From assembly GCA_946965045.2 (NCBI GenBank), contig OX337238.1, positions 2,108,001-2,172,000 on the forward strand: a stretch of DNA of 64,000 nucleotides, written 5' to 3'. The position numbers and the translations under genes were made by a program. The notes beneath the pieces are model-generated. The model had not been told where the DNA came from, did no database searches, and saw only the letters and a list, made by a program, of their open reading frames with translations. The DNA is from Epithemia pelagica. Its lineage: Eukaryota; Protista; Bacillariophyta. Shown piece by piece: positions 22,954 to 33,260 of this stretch; positions within the stretch are counted from its first letter, which is position 1; every line of letters begins with the position of its first letter.

Positions 22954-24456
22954 TGTTGGAAGGAGGGCTGAGGTTCGTCTTCAACGATCCGGTGCTCTTC
23001 TACAGAGGTGCGCTGTGTTTCCTTTAGAAATCACTTGCTATTACTCTCGTTACGTTTTAACTCAATAGAATGAGATCGTTTGACGATCTCCGCGTAGGAC
23101 GGTTTCGTCCATGACACCTTCTCATCTGGGCATGACACCTTCTTATCTGGGCCACTCAGTACGTCACTGTTTTCTTCCTGCTTGGGATTGTCATTGGGAT
23201 TTCGTTCATCGTTGAGGGTTGACGGCAAGACCGTTCCCTTTGTTGGTCCTTCTTCGTCTCCTTTTTCAACAGAAAGCGGTGGATGGCATTTTGAAATGCA
23301 AAAAAGCCTCTGAGGCAAATATAGCATGAACCGTACTGTTGTTTTCGGTTCCCCCTTGGCATTTCAATCCCATCATTTGACGCTCCTTTTACATCGCTCG
23401 AGCCTCTTGCAAACACCCCAAACAAATTGTGGGCAATGAGGAATGAACGAGACCTCCAAAACAGCGACGAGAGAGATAAGGAATGTCGAATTGTCTACAG
23501 CTCACACGCTCACACCAAGTATCCTCGGCCATTCCCTGGAAACCAGCTCACTTGTGGACGTTCCTTGGACCTGGGTCAGACTTGTCGGCCAGAATGCTCT
23601 GTTTCATGAGCCGTTCAGGATAACAACCGGCTTGGACCAACAGAGATGAGTGGCCAGCCGGCAAGAACTCTGACGCGTTTTTAGTGTCGAACTTTCTTGA
23701 ACTTGGCCCTTTTCCTCGTCCGACGAATCTGTTGTGTGGACAATGACCGTAAACTGCCGTATAGGGTAACTGTAGAAGGAAAAAAAGTGTTTTTTTTTCA
23801 TGGATTAATGGATCGTTTCCCTTGTCTCTCTCTAATGGACGACTCTGATGGGCAAGAGAGATGATCCAGCCTTTCTTGCGGTGGCTGAGACTGTGACATC
23901 TCTTTCGAGTAGGTAGTACCAAGTCATTCCTTGAGCATATCATGTTGTTTGTATAGCTTTGGAAAAGACAGTTCGCATCTGCCTCTATACCACGATCCAA
24001 GCATAAGAAGCATACATTGGCCAATTATATGAATGCCAACAACACCAACAGCCTGTCCACCTTGAAAACGACAAACAACTCCCACGTACCAACAAGGAGA
24101 GTGAGACAAGCTGATGGCAATCGAGTTTGGCCAATCTATTCGTGAAATAAAATGTCAAGACTTTTGCCAGTGGAAGGAGATGGAAGGAAGGTGTAGTTCC
24201 GGAGGTTGAAATTATGGGGAAAATGGATCAGGAACTCCTGCTAACCCAAACACTTGTGTCCTACAATTTCACAGCAAAGGACAACCGTATATACTTGTAG
24301 TGTTTTTCTTGATCTTGTTAATAAGCTTGCAAATATGCTGTCTTATGAATACTATTGATTTGGGGAAACGCTCCTATTGCTGTCCCTTTGAGGTGTTGAC
24401 AGTGCTTCCGCTCCTTGTGAAGGTGCTGGAGTTGATTGGGGTTTGGGGAAACACTC

Positions 24457-26090
24457 CTATTGCTGTCCCTTTGCAGTGCCCACAATTTCTGCCTTGGAAT
24501 TACAACCAACTGGAGGTGCTGGAGTTGGTTGTAAATCCAAGGCAGAAATTGTGGGCTCCAAATGTTCTTTGAACCAAATCGAATCCAGCCCCTTTGGCAT
24601 TGCGAAATTATTCACCTCCGTCAAAGAGTTGGACACTGCCAAAATTCGTTTTGTTTCAACACTCTTGGGTGGTTCGGCATTTTCATTTCTTGTCACCAGT
24701 GTCTCTACCTCTGTCTGAAAGCTTTGGACCGCAACAGCAGACCACTGTTTGGAAATCTCCTTCTTCTGTTTAGTTTCTTTGTTGGAGCTTTCAGTGTTGC
24801 CAATGCCCAGAGATTGGCACCAGTCATTGAGATTGGAATGTAACCGAGCATAGTGTTTGCACTGAATCGCCAAAATAGTCACGTTCCACTCCTTGTCCAC
24901 CAGAACAACAAACAAATCTGGTCCTTGGGCATTTGGTACCCCCTGGGATACTACAAAGCAAGTGTTGTTTTTCACTTCGTTTTGGCTGAAAAAAGGCTCT
25001 TTAAGAGCAAGTTCCGACAGTTCTTCCTTCAAATCCTCTTCGCGCATTTCTTCATTCTTCCGACGGCTGCGTGGCCACCCATTCTCTAACTCGTGTGTTT
25101 CGGTTGCATATCCTTGCACCTCAAATAGCCTCATACAGTGAAGAGATACGACCTCCTCAAACTGCTTTCCCATTGATGGAAGCAACAATTTCGTACTCCC
25201 GGAGCACGACAAGTACTTCAGGGCGTTGGATGTGCCGTTCCTCCTTGCCAGTCCCTTCTCAAATAAGGTGTCGTATTTCTCCTCGAAAAACAGCTCCATG
25301 GCAACGTTCTTGTCATTGGAACCTTCCGAATCACCTCCTTTTGCGACTCCCGATCCCTCACTTGGCTCTCCTTTTTCTTGGATAACATTGTTGTACAAAG
25401 CGTTCTTCACATTCATCAAATGACTCTCAAGTTGGGACTCCAGTTCATTCCTGGTCTTGTCGTTCGACTGGTTGATCGCTTTATTCAGTGCCTCCTCCTG
25501 GTGGTAGACAAATGCGCAACGTAGCAATAGTTCCCGATCCTGGTTTTCCAACTCACCCACAGTATTGGTTCGCAAATAGTACCGCACAGGGTAGTCCATT
25601 ATGTGCTGATAAGACGTAATGGCTTTCAGTCGTTCCGTATAGCGTGTTTCTTTTGTAGTCACACCATATGCATCTACCTCATGTTCTATAGCACGTAGGA
25701 TTGGTAAGACTCCTCGAAAGAACATCCTGGCATTGGTCCTCAGAATGCGGCAATATCCGACCTCAAGAGCAGCCTTCACAGCATTGTGCAATTCCTGCTC
25801 CTTCCGCAGCAGGTTTTCTAAATTTGGTTGCTTCATTGTTACTATCTTGACAAGGCTCGGACTTGTGCCGACTCGACCTCTGTGGATGGCGTCTGTGCCA
25901 GTTCCAACAAGAACGAGTTGCACGCGCCCTTTAGGACGTACAAGATACCTGTGACGTTCAATTATTTCCTCGACGCAAGAGACAAGACCCTCCACAAGGT
26001 CAATGTTTGTTGCTTCATCGATGACGATGGCCACCTTTTCAGGTCTTTCATTCTTTGGAAATTCACCCTCAAGCCATTTCTGAACATACG
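24457..26090 (-). pseudogene. 5'-truncated duplicate of the NTPase-REase gene (C-terminal half only)
   Basis: Nearly identical to 34606..36239; homology stops at catacg (26090) at the E2 junction. Confidence 0.9.
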
Positions 26091-26355
26091 TTAACCTGCG
26101 AGTAGTGGAAAAGAACGGCGGTCTCTTTCCACTGAGCAATCCGTAAAAGGATACTTATTCTGATAATCACTATTATGTTAGTCCTAAATTCTCACTAAAT
26201 TCACTTATCTTTTCTTCAATATCTTTTGGATGAGTCATTCCATCCACTCGTTCACATCTACGTCGCTCATCATTCGTGATTGATGAGTCTTGTTGCCAGG
26301 TATAAGCTTGCTACCCCAGCTATACTCGCACTCCCTCTCAAGCGCAATATCTCGG

Positions 26356-29300
26356 CTACCATCCACTCAGTAGCTTCCGAATTGTTTCAAATGTATCTTT
26401 CGTCAGACCCTTTGTCATGATGTCTGCACGTTGTTTCGATGTCTCGATCTTTTCAACCGTGACTCGATTCGGCTTTAAGTGCGATCGAAACCAGTGCATT
26501 CGTATCGCATAGAACTTTGATCTTGGTGTAAACCTGCCCGGCTCCATATTCGCGAGCGTCAGGGCACCATTGTTATCTTCCCACACTGTGGTTCTGAATT
26601 TCGTGCTCTGATCTTCTGTCATGCCGACACCTCGTGCCACAGTTTTCAGAAGTTCCAGAAGAGGCAACACAGATTTCATCGCCACACTGAGCGCTGTGTA
26701 TTCCGCCTCCATTGTTGATGTTGCAATATCCGATTGCAACTTGCTTTGCCAGATGACTGGACAGTTTGCGATGCAAATGGCAAACCCAGTTCGGCTTTTG
26801 ACACATGACGGATCCATCTTGTCCTCATGTGGCCACAGACCCGCGAAGTCTGCATCAACATAACAATCAACGTTGAGATTGTCGTAAGTTGGACGGAGAA
26901 TGAGCCCTTTCTCCATTGTCCCTTTCAAGTATTGTCCGATCCTTTCTAACGCCTCTTCGTGTGTTGTCTTAGGATCATGGGTGTATCGTGCACACTGACT
27001 GACGGCATATGTGATGTCGGGTCTTGAATGTGCTTGCAAATATTGCAGCATTCCAATGACACTTGGATAGCTGAATTTGCACTGTGCTGGAGTCCCATTT
27101 TTGTTTGCCACCAGAGGATCCTTCGATGCTGGTGTCCTTTTCATGGGTTTGTCTCCAAGTTGGAGAGCCTCTACAATTTGCTTGATAAGGCCCTTCTGCG
27201 TCAACGTGATAGTACCATCACTATCGTTGCGTTCAATGTGTACGCCGAGAAATCCGGCTACACTGTCTTCGATCTCGAGTGTCACGTTCTGTTGATTCTG
27301 GAGTTTCCCAAGAAACTCATCAATCCACTCGCGTTTGGGGCTGTAAATCAATGTGTCGTCCACATAGACCAGCACGATGATTTTGTCGGACATGAACAGG
27401 CACGGATCGATGTGTTCCTGCGACTTGAGTCCGACTTGTTCCAATTTGCTTTTCAGATGAAGGACGAAGTTGCGTGGTGCCTGCTTTAGGCCATACAACG
27501 ATCGAGTAAGTTTCAAGACTTTCCCTGGTTGCGCAAACCCTCTCGGCATCTCAACATACACGCCACTTTTCTTTTGTTCTTCTTCTGTCATCTTGTTCCA
27601 ATTGGGATCCTTGTCGATCGGCGCATGTACAAATGCTGCCGTGTAATCCACTTGTACCGTGGACAGATTCAAAATGATGGAAAGAATCATCATCAGGCGC
27701 ACAGTCGTCCAATTCACAACGGGTGCAAACGTGTCGAAGAAATCGACTCCTTCGACTTGTTTGTCCCCCCGTGCACAAAACCGTGCTTTCAATTTGCGTA
27801 CGGATCCATCGGGATACCGTTTGCACTTGAACGCCCATGTGCCAGGTAAGACATTCATCCATGTCTCTCTTGCCACGACTTCCCATGCTTTCATCTTCTC
27901 ATGAAGCGTGTTATATTCTTTCTTGCAAGCCTCCCAGTACCCGTCTTTATCGGGACCGTTCATGGCTTGTTCCCATGAGGGATTGTCTGCAGCATCGGCC
28001 TTGGTTGCCAATGCCATGGGATGCATCTCTTCAATCCAGCGTGTGTCCGGATCCGTATGACGATCCAGCCACAGGTCCATTGCCAATAGGTCTTTGGATT
28101 TGGACGCAATTGCGCTGGTCAGAGTGTCCCAGGTAAGGGATTGGAGGAACTGTGCATTTAACAGCTCTCGTCTCACTTTTTGCTTTGGCCTTGTTGACCC
28201 ACGAGGAAAGTAAGCAGTCGATGCCCACAATCGCTCATCGAATAAGTGACGATTGGGACGACGTTCTCTTTTGCCTCTCCCATGTGATTCTGGATTGGGT
28301 TCGGCAAAATGCCTATTACGGCGTTCAATCTCTTCTTGTCTTGTCGTGCTGTCATCGTCTGAGTCGTCTTCAAAAACGATCTCATGTTCTGCTTCGTCGG
28401 CTTCTCCCTCTGGAGGCAACAATTCACCATTTGGAGCTCCCTCTGGAGGCAACAATCCACCTGTTTGATCTTGACTTGGCAATTCACCGGGTTCTGCAGG
28501 TGGTTCTGGTCCTTGCCCTCGCTCTGTTGGCTGTTCCAGTGGAGGTTGGAATCGAACATGGTTCCTTGTGACTCGGCCTCTCCCCCCGTCAACAGACGTT
28601 GGAACAGGAACAATGGGTAAAGGAGGAGTGGGCAAGGGACGAGGAGGACGTGACTGACGTCGGGCGTGCCGTTCCGCAATCTCGGAATCGGTCATCCACT
28701 CGTCACCAAGCTCCAAATTACCATCATCATCATCTTCGTCAGGCAGGTTAGATTCAGTGCCCGCCGCTAGCAGACGTTGCCAAAAGTCACCGTTCAAATT
28801 TGGCTCATCGAAGAGCCCGCCAGAATCGGCATTAGGGACCGTAGAAAATAAATCATCGTAGACCACATGATACTGTGAGCTGATGAATCCCGAACGAAGA
28901 TTGAGTATACGACCAACAGTAGTAGAATGGTCGGGCGAAATCCCAAGAAACTGACCACGTCGTGCCTTGGCTTGCCATTTAGGCAACTTCTTTCCGTCTT
29001 GAAGCTTGGGGTCCAGGACATACACAGGACATCCCCATACGTGACTCCGCTGAAGGTGGTGAAAATCGGAGAATGTGATGCCAGAGAAGATTTCGAGTGG
29101 AGCGATGTTCGTCCGGCGATTCGGAAGGTGGTTCCATAGCCAGACGGCGTGCTCAACGGCAAAGGGCCAAAGATGCAAGTGCATTTGCTCGGGCCAGTGA
29201 ATGGTCGCGTGTAGTAACATAGTACGGGCCCAAGACATCGTGGTCTTTACTGCCCTTTCCGCGACTCCATTCTGGTGATGTGCCCCAACGCCTGAGAAGC

Positions 29301-31176
29301 TGATACGTTGACCACTTCCGTGTACATGGTTCAGAAATTCTTCTCGGCCAAACGGAGCATTATCGGCGCGGTACTCTCGTATCTTGACACCGTATTCATC
29401 CGCGAACCGCTCAAACTTCTTCTTAGAACTGATCGTCTCACCAACTCGAAGGGACACTTGGTTCGCCAAGAAGATCATGCCAGAGGCATGATCGACAAAC
29501 AGAGTTCCCCCTCTATACTGTTCTTCGGTCCTCTCTTTGCCATACGTGTGAGGAAGACGGCCACGAATCGTGGATTCGTATTGATCAATCGAAACACAAT
29601 CTCCTGGTTGAAGGTGCTCCCTCTTGAGCATACTGTCTTTCCCATCCACCAATCCACCGTGATTCGAATGAGGCGTCCGGCGATGTTGCTTCCCAAGCAT
29701 ACAAGCTGCGCACAAAGGTATGACGCAACTTGTTGTCTTCGCTTCTTTTGTCTCCAGCACTAACCGTCGACTGTTTGCTTTTGGATCTCGACAGATCGTC
29801 TGAATCCATTGCATGTTGGCATGGCCAAGCTTCCAGTGCCACAGCAAGAGCCCCCTTTGCGATGCCGTCAAGTTCTGGTTAGTCTCGTCGGCCACATTCA
29901 TCAAGCCACTGTGATTTGCCGTAGACAAGGCCGACTTGACGGAATATCCATCACCCAGCATCGTTGCATCTTCGAAGGTAAGTCCCATTTGATTCACATT
30001 CCCTGTGAGCATAAAGGGAAGATTACTACTGGAGTTATATGGAAATTCTAACCATGTCCCATCCGGGACTTGCAACTGCGTTTTCTTGTGGTCGAGTACC
30101 AGTTTTCCAGCTTGCTGTTCCTGGAAGAACGTTTGCGGGCTGAACAAACGAATCGAGGCTTCTGGTACGTAGTATGCTTTCGTCTTGATCGTTCGGGCTA
30201 CCCCCATAACATCTCTAACCATCCATTGGACCGTGCTAAAACCTCGGACTGCTGTTGTTCCAGACAATCCATTCAACGATGAGATTTCGGCCGGTTGAAT
30301 TGGTCCAACGAAGTCTTGGAGATTTGGCGTCAACGATTTGGACGCTCCAGAATCGATCACAATGGGAAGCACATCTTGTTCTCGTTGACTCATGTACACC
30401 GTCATGCGACGTGACAATTCACCAATAGTCTCACTATTCAAACCAGAACAATCAACCTGGTTCAACGGGACAGTGACGGCTTGAAAACTTTTCAGTTGTC
30501 CAAAATTGGCTGCTGCAACCATGCTTTGTCGCAACATCAGTTTCCAAGGGGTCTTTCGTCTTGTAAGGTCAGCTCCAAGCCACGCCCCATGACTCAACAA
30601 TTTTATTGTCTGCCACTGACGAACTGGATCGACTTGTGGTAGCAAGGAATCGTCCTTCAGGGCCAAACTCCAAAGCGACAATCCACCAAAGATTTGATCT
30701 CGAAGAGTCTTCGTCATGTCGTTTGTCGCTCCCTCTGGAGACGACGTTCTCGGGTTGGTCCAGTTGTCCCAGTCGTCCGTGTTGTACCAAAGACAAGGAC
30801 GGTTGTTTCGCCAGATCACACGATGGACTCGACGTCGTGCTTTCATTTTGAGGCCATAGGAATGTACCGATTGTCTCAAACGAGGTTTTGGTGGTCTTGG
30901 TGGAATGCTCACAGCAGGAGCAGCTGTGGCTCCGGACTTGGAGTCTTGCTCGACCAAGCTCATGGCACAACAAAGGCCTGTGAACAGGGCGAGATACAGT
31001 AGAAATAACCACGGCAGATAAAGCCAAAATAGGTCCCCCATCCCCCTCATGAGCGCACAGTCGAGTAAGGATGAGAAGATAGAGGTCGCCCAGGTTTCCC
31101 TCCTGGGACCATAGCGATGATAGGGTCGGCCTACACCAGATGGACCGTCTAAAGACGCCACCCAGCGGCCACCCCA
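26356..31176 (-). CDS. E2 pol (protease, integrase, RT, RNase H), in frame behind the gag TGA
   Basis: VIDSGAS, HWKLGH..CAACMLGK, SIDQY/RADN/VAER, VYVDDTL and YVDADFA motifs; uninterrupted frame. Confidence 0.93.
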   Translation of the reverse strand, partial: WGGRWVASLDGPSGVGRPYHRYGPRRETWATSIFSSLLDCALMRGMGDLFWLYLPWLFLLYLALFTGLCCAMSLVEQDSKSGATAAPAVSIPPRPPKPRLRQSVHSYGLKMKARRRVHRVIWRNNRPCLWYNTDDWDNWTNPRTSSPEGATNDMTKTLRDQIFGGLSLWSLALKDDSLLPQVDPVRQWQTIKLLSHGAWLGADLTRRKTPWKLMLRQSMVAAANFGQLKSFQAVTVPLNQVDCSGLNSETIGELSRRMTVYMSQREQDVLPIVIDSGASKSLTPNLQDFVGPIQPAEISSLNGLSGTTAVRGFSTVQWMVRDVMGVARTIKTKAYYVPEASIRLFSPQTFFQEQQAGKLVLDHKKTQLQVPDGTWLEFPYNSSSNLPFMLTGNVNQMGLTFEDATMLGDGYSVKSALSTANHSGLMNVADETNQNLTASQRGLLLWHWKLGHANMQWIQTICRDPKANSRRLVLETKEAKTTSCVIPLCAACMLGKQHRRTPHSNHGGLVDGKDSMLKREHLQPGDCVSIDQYESTIRGRLPHTYGKERTEEQYRGGTLFVDHASGMIFLANQVSLRVGETISSKKKFERFADEYGVKIREYRADNAPFGREEFLNHVHGSGQRISFSGVGAHHQNGVAERAVKTTMSWARTMLLHATIHWPEQMHLHLWPFAVEHAVWLWNHLPNRRTNIAPLEIFSGITFSDFHHLQRSHVWGCPVYVLDPKLQDGKKLPKWQAKARRGQFLGISPDHSTTVGRILNLRSGFISSQYHVVYDDLFSTVPNADSGGLFDEPNLNGDFWQRLLAAGTESNLPDEDDDDGNLELGDEWMTDSEIAERHARRQSRPPRPLPTPPLPIVPVPTSVDGGRGRVTRNHVRFQPPLEQPTERGQGPEPPAEPGELPSQDQTGGLLPPEGAPNGELLPPEGEADEAEHEIVFEDDSDDDSTTRQEEIERRNRHFAEPNPESHGRGKRERRPNRHLFDERLWASTAYFPRGSTRPKQKVRRELLNAQFLQSLTWDTLTSAIASKSKDLLAMDLWLDRHTDPDTRWIEEMHPMALATKADAADNPSWEQAMNGPDKDGYWEACKKEYNTLHEKMKAWEVVARETWMNVLPGTWAFKCKRYPDGSVRKLKARFCARGDKQVEGVDFFDTFAPVVNWTTVRLMMILSIILNLSTVQVDYTAAFVHAPIDKDPNWNKMTEEEQKKSGVYVEMPRGFAQPGKVLKLTRSLYGLKQAPRNFVLHLKSKLEQVGLKSQEHIDPCLFMSDKIIVLVYVDDTLIYSPKREWIDEFLGKLQNQQNVTLEIEDSVAGFLGVHIERNDSDGTITLTQKGLIKQIVEALQLGDKPMKRTPASKDPLVANKNGTPAQCKFSYPSVIGMLQYLQAHSRPDITYAVSQCARYTHDPKTTHEEALERIGQYLKGTMEKGLILRPTYDNLNVDCYVDADFAGLWPHEDKMDPSCVKSRTGFAICIANCPVIWQSKLQSDIATSTMEAEYTALSVAMKSVLPLLELLKTVARGVGMTEDQSTKFRTTVWEDNNGALTLANMEPGRFTPRSKFYAIRMHWFRSHLKPNRVTVEKIETSKQRADIMTKGLTKDTFETIRKLLSGW

Positions 31177-32922
31177 TCAGGAGAAATGCTCCACGAGACT
31201 GCGGAGCGACTGATCGACGGAGCGTGCCACATTTGCGACTGCAGCATCGAGCTCAGCGCGATTGACAGTAGAACCAGCCACAGTGCCAGTCGCTCCAGTG
31301 AGCGTGCTGGTCGTGCTGGCGCCGTCGGCTCGCGCGGCATGAGCACTTGCATCGTCTTGGTTGGAAGAATGCGTCCGATCCGGAACCCAGCGATGCGTGC
31401 GATGGTTGTAGAACATATGTTTTCCATCGATCACGCGTCGATTTCGTTCGTCCGACTTTGGAGGCGCCCACTTTCCGGATGCACCACCTGCTCCAGAATT
31501 TGAGGAACTCGTCCCATTGGCTGCCTTCTTAGAACCAAACTTCTCTCTGTTCGCAGCAATCTTCTGTTCGTTGCGGGGTTCCGTGCACTTCGGTGCCGTA
31601 TGTCCCGGCTTTCCACAATTCCAACAAATTGGTTGGGGCTTGCCATTGCCCGAAGAGGCAGTATTGGCAGCTTTCTTGGCATCTTCTTGGGCATTGAACA
31701 CGGAGTTCTTTCCCTTCGTTTTAGAACCGTGCCAGTCATTACTGCTGCATAATTCATTATACTTAGTTTCGGCTAAGCGAAGTAAAACATCAACTTCCAA
31801 ACCACCAGTGTCATCAGGATCACCTTGAAGTTTACCAATGTCCCGTGCCATTGTATAAGTTTGCTCGATATAGCGGAAGTAGGAGTTAAATTTGCCAACG
31901 GATGAAGTTTGCATGACCTTTAGCACTTGCTGATTAAAACGCTCTGGAACTTTCTTGACCCATTTCAAGCGCTTGTGTGCACCACGGATCAAACTTACAA
32001 CACGAAGAACATTTTCACCTTGAAACTCATTGATCTTCAAATTCTTAACCAAGTCTTTCAAGTGATCAATAGCGGCTTCCGAACTTGAAACCAGAATGTT
32101 CATCATAATGACGAAGAGCAGTGGACCCCCTTGTTGAATGGTAGGGTAAGTCTCAAACTGTTCGTAGCATTTTTCAAACAGACTTTGAGTCATGTTATTT
32201 TCCAGATGCTTGTAGGTTAGTACCAAATTCTCCCGGTACCAATCCTTCTTGGTCCAACGGCGATACCATTCACAACTGGCTGCAACTTCATCGGGAGTAA
32301 CTTCCTCATAATTTAAATATAGATCTACAGTACGAGACTCAATACTCCGGGATCCCTTCGACTTGGGGAACACAATCGTGAACACGTCATGCATATCGTA
32401 AACCATATGCGTGTCCTTGGTCTTGGAAATCATGATGGCAGTGTTATAGCACTCATCCAACTTCTTTTCATCGGTCAAACTCATACTCGTGAAAGTATAT
32501 TTTGTTTGCGATGTCTTCACGGCTTCCTTGAAGAGATCTTGTTTCTTCTCCGAGGACATCTTCTCCCTGTTCTCTTTCCGATATAGAGGTCCTTGATCTG
32601 CGACACCATATCCCCTTGAACCTGGTTCCACCAGCTCAACTGCCAGTCCCCCAACCATGAATCGGGTATCTGTATCTAACGGGTAGTCATCGCTCTTTGA
32701 ACTCTTATCCGAGTTGTTTTCATCGCTTGTTCTTCTTTGTCTTCTCTCATTAAGACCCTGAAGCGTTTCGTCGAGTGTTCGGAATCCAAAGTCGGATTCT
32801 CGATTGTCGGTTCCAGTCTGGTCTTCCGCTGAGGCGTCTTGATAGTCCTCATCGTCTCCCGTGTTAGCCGGTGCTGCACCTGAAGCGGGTGAAACATTTG
32901 CCGAGTCTTCTGCTCGCGCCAT
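31177..32922 (-). CDS. E2 gag with CCHC zinc knuckle
   Basis: CWNCGKPGHTAPKC; may extend upstream to an in-frame ATG at 33060 inside the LTR across a TAG at 32946..32944. Confidence 0.85.
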   Translation of the reverse strand: MARAEDSANVSPASGAAPANTGDDEDYQDASAEDQTGTDNRESDFGFRTLDETLQGLNERRQRRTSDENNSDKSSKSDDYPLDTDTRFMVGGLAVELVEPGSRGYGVADQGPLYRKENREKMSSEKKQDLFKEAVKTSQTKYTFTSMSLTDEKKLDECYNTAIMISKTKDTHMVYDMHDVFTIVFPKSKGSRSIESRTVDLYLNYEEVTPDEVAASCEWYRRWTKKDWYRENLVLTYKHLENNMTQSLFEKCYEQFETYPTIQQGGPLLFVIMMNILVSSSEAAIDHLKDLVKNLKINEFQGENVLRVVSLIRGAHKRLKWVKKVPERFNQQVLKVMQTSSVGKFNSYFRYIEQTYTMARDIGKLQGDPDDTGGLEVDVLLRLAETKYNELCSSNDWHGSKTKGKNSVFNAQEDAKKAANTASSGNGKPQPICWNCGKPGHTAPKCTEPRNEQKIAANREKFGSKKAANGTSSSNSGAGGASGKWAPPKSDERNRRVIDGKHMFYNHRTHRWVPDRTHSSNQDDASAHAARADGASTTSTLTGATGTVAGSTVNRAELDAAVANVARSVDQSLRSLVEHFS

Positions 32923-33011
32923 TGTTCTCACCTTCTCTCTGTCCTATCTTGCCAGAGCACTCACTTCCTTGACACCGTATGACCTTGGGAAACCTTCTAC
33001 AGCGTAATACT

Positions 33012-33024
33012 TGGGCTCATAACC
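33012..33024 (-). promoter_or_regulatory. E2 PBS complementary to the 5' half (anticodon arm) of initiator tRNA-Met
   Basis: Reverse complement TGGG-CT-CAT-AA-CC is the iMet anticodon arm ending at position 40, the half-tRNA primer type known for copia and Ty5. Confidence 0.85.
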
Positions 33025-33260
33025 TGCGAGTAGTGGAAAAGAACGGCGGTCTCTTTCCATTGAGCAATCCGTAAAAGGATACTTATTCTGATAATCACTA
33101 TTATGTTAGTCCTAAATTCTCACTAAATTCACTTGGATCTTTTCTTCAATATCTTTTGGATGAGTCATTCCATCCACTCGTTCACATCTACGTCGCTCAT
33201 CATTCGTGATTGATGAGTCTTGTTGCCAGGTATAAGCTTGCTACCCCAGCTATACTCGCA

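Larger units (their letters stand above)
16504..23271 (-). mobile_element. Ty1/copia (CoDi-like) LTR retrotransposon E1, full length, young
   Basis: 318-bp LTRs at 16504..16821 and 22954..23271 (TGTTG..CAACA, 1 mismatch seen). 5-bp TSD GAAAG at 16499..16503 and 23272..23276. PPT-like GGAGGAGCG. Intact gag-pol. Confidence 0.97.
16326..26090. repeat. Copy 1 of a ~3.0 kb tandem segmental duplication (interrupted by element E1)
   Basis: Matches 33261..36239 apart from a few substitutions, a 1-bp indel and a 12-bp indel. Lengths reconcile: 9765 - 6768 (E1) - 5 (TSD) = 2992 versus 2979. Confidence 0.95.
26097..33260 (-). mobile_element. Ty1/copia (CoDi-like) LTR retrotransposon E2
   Basis: LTRs at 26097..26330 (234 bp) and 33025..33260 (236 bp) with TGCGAGTA..TACTCGCA ends. 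PBS GGTTATGAGCCCA (33024..33012), PPT GAGAGGGAG. No matching TSD (TAACC versus CCATG). Confidence 0.96.

Noticed and set aside
23097-23130. Hammerhead-ribozyme-like words in the E1 LTR (minus strand CAGAUGAG...GGACGAAAC)
   Set aside because: The core is CAGAUGA rather than CUGAUGA, stem II cannot form, and GGACG pairs locally with CGUCC. The region is also protein-coding in the 3' LTR.
23031-23327. 98-aa ORF in the ORF track
   Set aside because: It is just the 5' LTR copy of the pol C-terminal tail running in from flanking DNA.
23548-24024. 158/154-aa minus-strand ORF in the duplicated segment (the 12-bp indel between copies is in frame)
   Set aside because: Non-ATG start and no motifs; one in-frame indel is too weak as evidence of coding.
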